Source of the DNA: Octopus vulgaris
Taxonomy: Eukaryota
Length of the DNA: 64,000 nt
Direction: 5' to 3'
Assembly: GCA_951406725.2 (NCBI GenBank)
Contig: OX597822.1
Span: 10,292,001 to 10,356,000 of the forward strand
The translations under genes and the position numbers were made by a program. Below the pieces are notes generated by a model, which saw only the letters and a program-made list of their open reading frames with translations, had not been told where the DNA came from and did no database searches. Positions 55,460 to 64,000 of the stretch are shown here, one piece after another; the first letter of the stretch is position 1; each line of letters starts with the position of its first letter.

Positions 55460-55870
55460 CATAGGAGTGGCTGCGTGGTAAGTAGCTTGCTTACGAACTA
55501 CATGGTTCCGGGTACAGCCCTACTGCGTGGCACCTTGGGCAAGTGTCTTCTACTATAGCCTCGGGCCGACCAAAGCCTTGTGGGTAGATTTGGTAAACGG
55601 AAACTGAAAGAAGCCCGTCGTATGTATGTATCTATATATATATATCTGTGTGTGTGTATATGTTTGTGTGTCTGTGTTTGTCCCCCCAACATCGCTTGAC
55701 AACCGATGGTGGTGGGTTTACGTCCCCGTAACTTAGCGGTTCGGCAAAAGAGACCGATGGAATAAGTACTAGGCATCCAAAGAATAAGTCCTGGGGTCGG
55801 TCTGTTTGACTAAAGGTGGTGCTTCAGCATGGCCACAGTCAAATGACTGAAACGAAAGAGTAAAAGAGTA
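55457..55870 (+). mobile_element. SINE family A, near full length
   Basis: Colinear and highly similar to 452-845 from GGAGTGGCTGCGTGGTAAG to CAAATGACTGAAAC..AAAAGAG. Confidence 0.85.
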
Positions 55871-56168
55871 TATATATTGCTTATAATACACCATACGGAT
55901 TCATGACACACCAGACACCTAGAATATAACAAACAACGTATGATCAACACAACGTGTGCTTTAGTCCAGCCCCTTGGCGCTAAATATTCGCTGGGGTAGA
56001 TTTCTCTGTGTGCACAAGCTGAATATTTTACTGAATATTTAATCGAATATAGATGGTAACACACAGGTTAATCCAGCCGTACCTTGGGCATATCATTTCA
56101 GTACCCGCTTCTCTCTAGATACTTATTGTTATTATGCCCTGCGTGTGCGTGCGTGCGCGCGCGCGCGC

Positions 56169-56225
<57 letters not shown>

Positions 56226-56493
56226 ACTATTTGTCAGACGTTTGTGGATGGAGTTCAGCAAGGTCATAAGCGCTTGCACGAGTGAGTGAACGAACGAAAG
56301 TAAAAGTAACTCAGCACGTTTGCATCTGTTATTGAGTAAAACATTCGCTAATTCAAGCTCGAAAGAGGCAGGTTTGTTAGAATCCTGCGAATCTTTAGAT
56401 CGCTTGAAACCGAATGAAACTGTTTTAAATAATAATACATGTAACTCTTACGACATGCACAGAATGATTTTTCTTACGTTTGTCCACTCACTC

Positions 56494-56558
<65 letters not shown>

Positions 56559-57219
56559 CATGTATACATACATGCATACATATGCACTTATACGTACGTA
56601 GAAGCATGCATACATCTAAACATGCATATAGACATAAACACACGCACATGCACGCACACACATATTATTGAATTATTGAATTATTATCTTAATTTAAAGA
56701 GTCGATGCATGTATTTCAACAAGTATGCAAGTGTATATATGCGTGCTTAAATCTGTACAGGTTTGTATGTTCGGGCTTAATGAAGTTGAAGATGGTGTTG
56801 CTGCTGCAGCTACTGATGATGATGATGATGATGATGCTGATAGTAATAATTTTTTCTGCTATAGGCGCAAGGGGAAGCGGGCAAGTTGATTTCATCGAGC
56901 CCAGTATTCAACTGGGACTTATTCTGTCGAACAAGAAAGGATGAATGGCAAGGGTCGACCTCGGTGGAATTTGAACACAGAGCATAAATGCGGACAGAAT
57001 GCCGCTAAGCGTTTTGCCCTGTCTGCTAACGATTATGGCAGCTTGCTGCTGTGACAATAATAATAATAATAATAATGGTCATGATGGCGTTAGTAATGGC
57101 CGAAATGTCGGATGCTGTGTTGAAATATGTGAAGTGTATATATGTGTGTGTGTGTGTGTATGATTGACTACATTTATGTATTTAGGCATATGTATGTGAA
57201 AAGTAGCATGTATGTTTGT

Positions 57220-57300
<81 letters not shown>

Positions 57301-57877
57301 GTGTAGTGAAGTGGCGTGGTATGGGGAAATGGCAGAGGTAGTAGATTCTACTAACTTGTCAAGTCATAAGAAGAAATAATTGAATAATTTAACAGAGGAA
57401 TGCTTCGAAAAATGATGCCATTCATAAACAGAGTTGCTGAAGATGTCAAGTTTTAATGAGAAGCTTAGTGGAGTATTTTTCTTCTCTAATATGAAGGCGG
57501 GATTTCAGGCGAGTACACAATTACCATACAGGAATTTATTATTTAGATTATTATCATTTCTCGAATGATATTTGTTTGACTAAAAGCAATCGAAGAATTT
57601 TTTGTTTCTGTTTAGTTCATATATATATATACACACACGCACACAAACGTTGTATATTTGTTTATTTATGTATTTTCTTTGCTTTTTTGTATTTTATTTT
57701 TGATGTAATTTTCTCGTGTTGTCTGTGCTTTTATTTGCGTTGTGGTTTGTAATTTTTTTAATCAGTTTTTTTGGTTATTTGTGTTATTGTTGTTTTAGTG
57801 ATTGGTGTTGTTGTTTTTGGACGTAGTGGAGAGATTGTGTCCATGATTTTTTTCTTTATGTCTTTTTTTATTTATAC

Positions 57878-57943
<66 letters not shown>

Positions 57944-58058
57944 TTTTCTTTTTCATAAATCGCCTATTTAGAATTTTCTTCGTTGCAAATAATTCATTTC
58001 GAAACTTTCTGGAATGCGGAAAAAATGCAATAATGATAATAATAATAATAACAACAAC

Positions 58059-58141
<83 letters not shown>

Positions 58142-58599
58142 TGATGATCATGATGATGATGATGATAATAGTTTTGAGTTTTTAGCTCATTAGTATTTAA
58201 TTTTGTTTCTTTTTTCTTTTAAATTGTAAATGTGCATTTAGGTATATTTTTATTTGTTCCTTCCTTTCGAAATTTCGTTTTGTATCTTAGTTTGCTTATT
58301 ATAATTTCTATGATTACCACGAACACCACCTCCACCGCCACCAATGGCAACAGCAACAACAACAACACTACCACCACCAGCATCATCACCACCATTACTA
58401 TCATCATCATCATCATCACTATCGATGCCATTAAATCTTCATCACCAGCATCAAAACCTCGGCTACCATTACTTTCATTTTCATTATTGTCGTCAGTCTC
58501 GTCATTAGCATCAATGAAGCCGGTAGGTCGCTGGCCAACAAGCCACGTGGGGTTTACGTGTATCCTGCGTTCAAATATCGCTGCTCTACCATGACCCTC

Positions 58600-60895
58600 T
58601 TCGGGAATGTTGTAGATGGCAGAATTGGTAGACCAGCAGTCAATATGGCTTGCAGTATTTCGTTGCTTAAATTAAGCGAGAAATTAAGTACCAGTTGCGT
58701 ACTGGGGTCGATCTAATTGACTGGCGCCCTCCTCAAAAATGTTGGGCCTTGTACCTAGATTAGAAAAGAGTATTTCGTTGCTTAAAATTTCTGTTCCGAG
58801 TTCAATTCCCACTAAGGTTAATTTTCCATGTTATCCTTCCTGGGTCGATAAAATAAAGTACTAGTCAAGTACTATGGTTTCTATATACAACCCTTTCCTT
58901 TCACCAAATGATAAATTCGCAAGAGCGATGGATAAATTTCTCAAATATTTAGTTAAGCTCTTATGATTTATATCCGTTTCGTCTTCTATCATTTCCAAGT
59001 TGATACAGAATGTACGAGCGAGTGAGCAGATTCTAGTCGAATACTGATGTCGTTTATACCGCTTTTGGTCCGAATATTACATTATATTGTTTTGTATTAC
59101 ATTACACCACAATATAATCGACTTTTCGTCTGCTCTTCTCAAAATTTATGATCTTATCACAGTTTTATAAACCATTATTACATTTTATTATTACATAGAA
59201 CTGCGAAGACCACGAGCTGGCAGAATCATTAGCACGCCCCCCACCAAACATTCTTAGCAGTATTTTACCTGTCTTGATGTTCTGATTTCAAATTTCGCCG
59301 AGGCAGACTTTGTTGTTAAGGATGATATATTAGCAACCCTAATTGAGCAATAGGGTCGATGTAATCGACATGCCCCCTACCCCCAAAATATCATCCCTTG
59401 TGCCTGTTTTAGACAAAGTTATCACTTAAAACCGTTAAGCAGCAGGCTGGAGGAATCTAAGGGCGCCAGACAAAATGCTTAACAACATTTCACCCGTCTT
59501 TACGTTCGGAACTCGAATTTCGCCGTGGTCGAATTTGCCTTTGATAAAATAAGTACGCCGGAGTAGATATAATCGACTATACTTGTCCTCACAAATATCA
59601 GGCCTTGTGCCCATAGAAGAAAGAATAATCTTTTCTACTCTAGGTACAAGGCCCGAAATTTTGGGGTAGGGGTGCCAGTCTATTAGATCGACACCAGTAC
59701 GCAATTTATCAACCTCGAAAGGATGAAAGGCAAAGTCGACCTCGGCGGAATTTGAACTCAGAACGTAAAGACAGATGAAATACCTTTTTCTTTACTACCC
59801 ACAAGGGGCTAAACACAGAGGACAAACAAGGACAGAGAAACGGATTAAGTCGATTATATCGACCCCACTGCATAACTGGTATTTGTTTAATCGACCCCGA
59901 AAGGATGAAGGGCAAAGTCAACCTCGGCGGAATTTGAACTCAGAACTTAGCAGCAGACGAAATACCTATTTCTTTACTACCCACAAGGGGCTAAACACAG
60001 AGGGGACAAACAAGGACAGACACACAGATTAAGTTGATTACATGGACTCCAGTGCGTAACTGGTACTTAATTTATCGACCCCGAAAGGATGAAAGGCAAA
60101 GTCGACCTCGGCAGAATTTGAATTCAGAACGTAACAGCGGACGAAATACGGCTACGCATTTCGCCCGGCGTGCTAACGTTTCTGCCAGCTCGCCGCCTTA
60201 GTAGAAGGAATAAAAGCATAGAACTGAAAGGTTCCCTGGTGTCGGGGGAATGCTAGGTACCATTTCTCCCGGCTTGTTACATGCGGTATTCAAATCCCCT
60301 TGGGACAACATTACATTTAATATTACATTTCATCCTTTCGGGGCTTATAATCAAATAGCAGATGAGCACTGGGATCGATATAATCGACTAGCCATTCTAC
60401 TCTTTAGAAACAAACCTCAAGCCCTATATTCGAAAGAGTTGCATGGAACGGCAAATGCTTTACGCTATTTAGTCCGTTTTTTTTTTTACGGTGTGATTTC
60501 AAATCCTGCCAAAGTCAACTTTATCCATTATCGCTACCCTTGGATGAGTTACCTGCTCTTGAATGTGGCTCAGTATTCCATAGATGTACCCGTGGTAAAA
60601 TTCTCAGATAGAATCAGAGTGTACCTTTCACACGCTATCACAAATGCTATCAACCGATGGGTTATAGGTTCACAAAGTGAGAGTCAACATGGAGCTCTAG
60701 GAAATGACATTGGCCTAAGATGCGATGCAGTGAAATCGAAACAGCACCTATGTTTGTATGTATTTGTGTGTTTGGTATCTACCTAGCTACCTAGCTATGT
60801 CTCTGACTATCGGTCTGCCTGTCTGTCTGCGAATCTATCTATCTACATAAACATATAAATGTGTATGTATATATGTATATATATGTATGTATGTC

Positions 60896-60958
<63 letters not shown>

Positions 60959-61337
60959 CCGCACACACACACACACGCACTCACTCACACACACACACAC
61001 ACATATATATGACGTTTCTTTGTAAGTAACGCGAAACTACATTTCTTATTCATGTACTCTTGGTTACGAGGAAGGAAAATGTTCTAGTTTAGTGTCTTCT
61101 GGGTTTTTTTTCTCTTTGTCTGTGACAAAGAAGTTGTTTTTAATATTTTTTTTTCTTTTTCCACGGACGTTTCGCATTAGGTGACCTTAGGTTTCGTATG
61201 TAACCTCGGAGCTCACTAAATGGAACGCTAAAAGTAAAAGTGAACTTCATCCCAAACCGCGCATGGCTTTGAATACATTATTATATTGACCGATGTATAC
61301 ATATACACACATGCATACATGCACAGTCCATATACTT

Positions 61338-61376
<39 letters not shown>

Positions 61377-63150
61377 GCGTCGCTTTTAATGTTGCTGTTG
61401 TTTTTGTTAATATGGTAGCTATTAAACGTGAGGTGATTGATGTTATATTAATGCTGCTACTAACGATAAAACTTATCATGATCGTCTGTATTAGTGGAAG
61501 TTTTATGGTTACTAAGTTAATACGAAGCGTTGTTACAGGCGAGAGGATAACTATTTTTCCTTGCTCACCCGATTTTATATCAACGCAAACACAAATTTAA
61601 TCTCCTATCTGTAATTTACCCCTCACATGATGTCCCTACGCCGAGCTGGTAGAATCGTTAACGAACCGGGCGAAATGCATAGCGGTATTTCGTCCGTGTG
61701 AACGTTCTGAGTTCAAATTCCGCCGAGGTGGACTTTGCATTTTATCCTTTCGGGGTCGATACATTAAGTACCAGCGAAACACTGGGGTCGATGCAAAATT
61801 TCCGGCCTTGTGCTTTTAGTAGAAAAGATCATCATCATCATCATCATCGTCGTCGTCGTCATCATCATCGTCATCATCATCATTATTAGCAGCAGCAGCA
61901 GCATCACCTTCATCATCATCTTCATCATTATGTTTTATCATTATCACCTTCATGAGCATCATCATTATCATTATTATTAGTATTAATGTCATCAATAAGG
62001 CGGCGCGCTGGCAGAATCGTTAGCACGCGGGACGGAATGCTTAGCGGTATTTGGTCTGTCTTTACGTTCCGAGTTCAAATTCCGCTGAGGTCGACTTTAC
62101 CTTTCATCCTTTCAGGGTCGATAAATTAAGTACCAGTTACGCACTGGGGTCGATATAATCGACTTAATCCGTTTGTTTGTCCTTGTTTGTCCTCTTTGTG
62201 TTTAGCCCCTTGTGGGTAGTAAAGAAATAGGTATTTCGCCCGTTGCTATGTTCAGAATCAAAAATTCTGCCGAGGTCGACTTTGCCTTTCATCCTTTCAG
62301 GATCGATAAATTAAGTACTAGTTGCGTACTGAGGTCGATCTTATCGACTGGCCGCCCCCCTCACCAAAAATTTCGGTCCTCGTGCTTACAGTAGAAAAGA
62401 ATATTATCAATAAGGCGGCGAGCGGGCAGATTCGGTGGTACGATCTGAATTCAGATTCCGCCGAAGTCGACTTTATCTTTCATCCTTTCGTTGGTCGATA
62501 AAATAAGTAGCCGTTGAATAGTGGGATCGATGTAATCGACCTAACTTCTCACCCGAAATCGCTGTCCTTGTGCCAAAAATTAAAAGTGGTATCGTCATCG
62601 TCGTAGTCATCATGATCTGTCTCCTCCCATTTCTCTTCCTCCTTATCAACACCATTGTTATAGGATCGATAGAAACGTTAGAGCATCGGTCAAAATCCTT
62701 GGTGATGTTTGTTCTAGATTTTACGTTCTGAGTTCAAATTCCGCCGAGGTCGACTTTGCCTTTCATCCTTTCGGTGTCGATAAATTAAGTACCAGTTGCG
62801 TACTGTGGTCGATCTAACCGACTGGACACCCCCCAAAAAAATTTCGGGGCTTGTGCCTAGAGTAGAAAAGGATATTTGTCCTAGATGTTTATATTCTGAG
62901 TTCAAATCCTCCTTTGACCATCTCAATCTTTAAAATAAACTCCCAGTCAAGCACTGGAGCGAATTATCTAGTTACCTTCTCGATTCTAGCACTTCAGGAT
63001 TTCAAACTTAAGTCAGTAAAATACTCTTCTTTTATTTCTTGGTTCTTTTTATCCTGCTAATATACTGGAAATAAGAGGTTTAGACGCAGAACATTAAGAG
63101 AAGGAAGTATACCGCAAGGCATTTTTTCCGACGCTCTAACGGTTCGACCA
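58600..63150. mobile_element. Dense cluster of SINE family B copies in both orientations, including dimeric and trimeric forms
   Basis: GCCGAGGTCGACTTTGCCTTTCATCC / TCGATAAATTAAGTACCAG motifs recur roughly a dozen times, e.g. 59440-59625 (+), 59628-60200 (-), 61640-61830 (+), 61997-62400 (+), 62410-62585 (+), 62670-62875 (+). Confidence 0.85.
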
Positions 63151-63739
63151 AACCTGAAGTTGATTCTATATATTGTTTAGGCCCAGGTATATATTGTTTA
63201 TACATTTTATATATCGTTGAGGCCCAGGTAATCCCAGAAACAAAAAACTACTAACAAAGACATACTTGTGATCAAGCCTGGCATCTTTTGAAATTTTTTC
63301 GGACAAGTATTCAGGACTTTATTAGCCGATATTTGTTTCATTTTTGACATAGTATGGTGTGGCTAAGAGAGGATTTGGCTTCTGTTTCTAACAGCTGTGT
63401 TGCCTTATCCATAGATACACATCCATTGGTTCCTAAATACTGTTGTAGTTACTGTACAGAACCTCTAAGTAGCCTTGACTCCGATCGACCAACATAAAAT
63501 GAGCAACCAATCCACATATTTAGAGCACTAGGGTAGCTATTATCCACTGGCACGTCAACCAAGTATCCCAAGGCAATATTGATCCAGCAGACACAACATG
63601 AAAATGATTGCCCCACATCTTTGGTTCCCCAAAGTAGACATGATCCAATAAAATATCAAAAACGTAACCACCCAATGTATTGCTGTTTCCTAAACTGAAA
63701 TAGCTAGTTGTTGGGACATCACTCAGGATGCTTTTGAAG

Positions 63740-64000
63740 TCAGCAGTCACTACAAGCTTCTAAGCTCTGTCATATGTAGCAGGGTCGCGATCTAGTTAGA
63801 CCAGGATGTTCTCTTCCTGCCTCTCGATGTGCTTCGAGGGATGGTTTTTGGCAGGGAGTTGTGGCGGGATACACGACGTACCAGGCAAACGTTTGTCTTT
63901 TGACCTGTGCAAGAAGTGTTCCAGGTTACCAGCGTAGTAGCAGACTTACTGCCTAACAAAGCTGTCCACCTTATGTTCCCTATACTGCAGGGGTTCTCAA
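63740..64000 (-). mobile_element. Decayed RTE-like LINE C-terminal fragment
   Basis: Minus-strand relics QYREHK..FVRQ, KRQTFAWY, SRHNSLPKTI, RGRKRTSW with frameshifts. Confidence 0.6.

Noticed and set aside
60250-60786. 178-aa plus-strand ORF, the longest non-repetitive one
   Set aside because: It overlaps decayed SINE B copies (TTTCATCCTTTCGGGG, AATCGACT) and has no recognisable motif.

Overview
AT-rich, microsatellite-saturated eukaryotic genomic DNA. The repeat landscape suggests an octopus or other coleoid cephalopod (inference, not checked). The only host coding sequence I can support is the terminal exon of a Pitx paired-class K50 homeobox gene on the minus strand (12454-11930): helix 3 of the homeodomain plus the OAR motif, with a clean phase-0 splice acceptor. 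I could not find the upstream homeodomain exon by eye, so 12455-64000 is probably one intron of more than 51 kb, and 1-11929 is 3' UTR plus downstream intergenic DNA. The rest is microsatellites, three tRNA-derived SINE families, and decayed R4/Dong, RTE and CR1-type LINEs, plus mariner, hAT and Helitron relics. Nearly all ORFs in the supplied track are microsatellite or SINE artefacts. The most notable signal is a set of minimal type-I hammerhead ribozyme-like motifs with palindromic stem III, several with a U3-A8 core instead of C3-G8. They sit in short, often fold-back elements in or next to (TA)n/(CA)n tracts, resembling Penelope-like termini. Other observations: candidate intronic Pitx enhancers, a modular concatemeric SINE, an (AAT)n-targeting retroposon cluster, and a scrambled region that may be an assembly artefact. 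All coordinates and alignments were made by eye.
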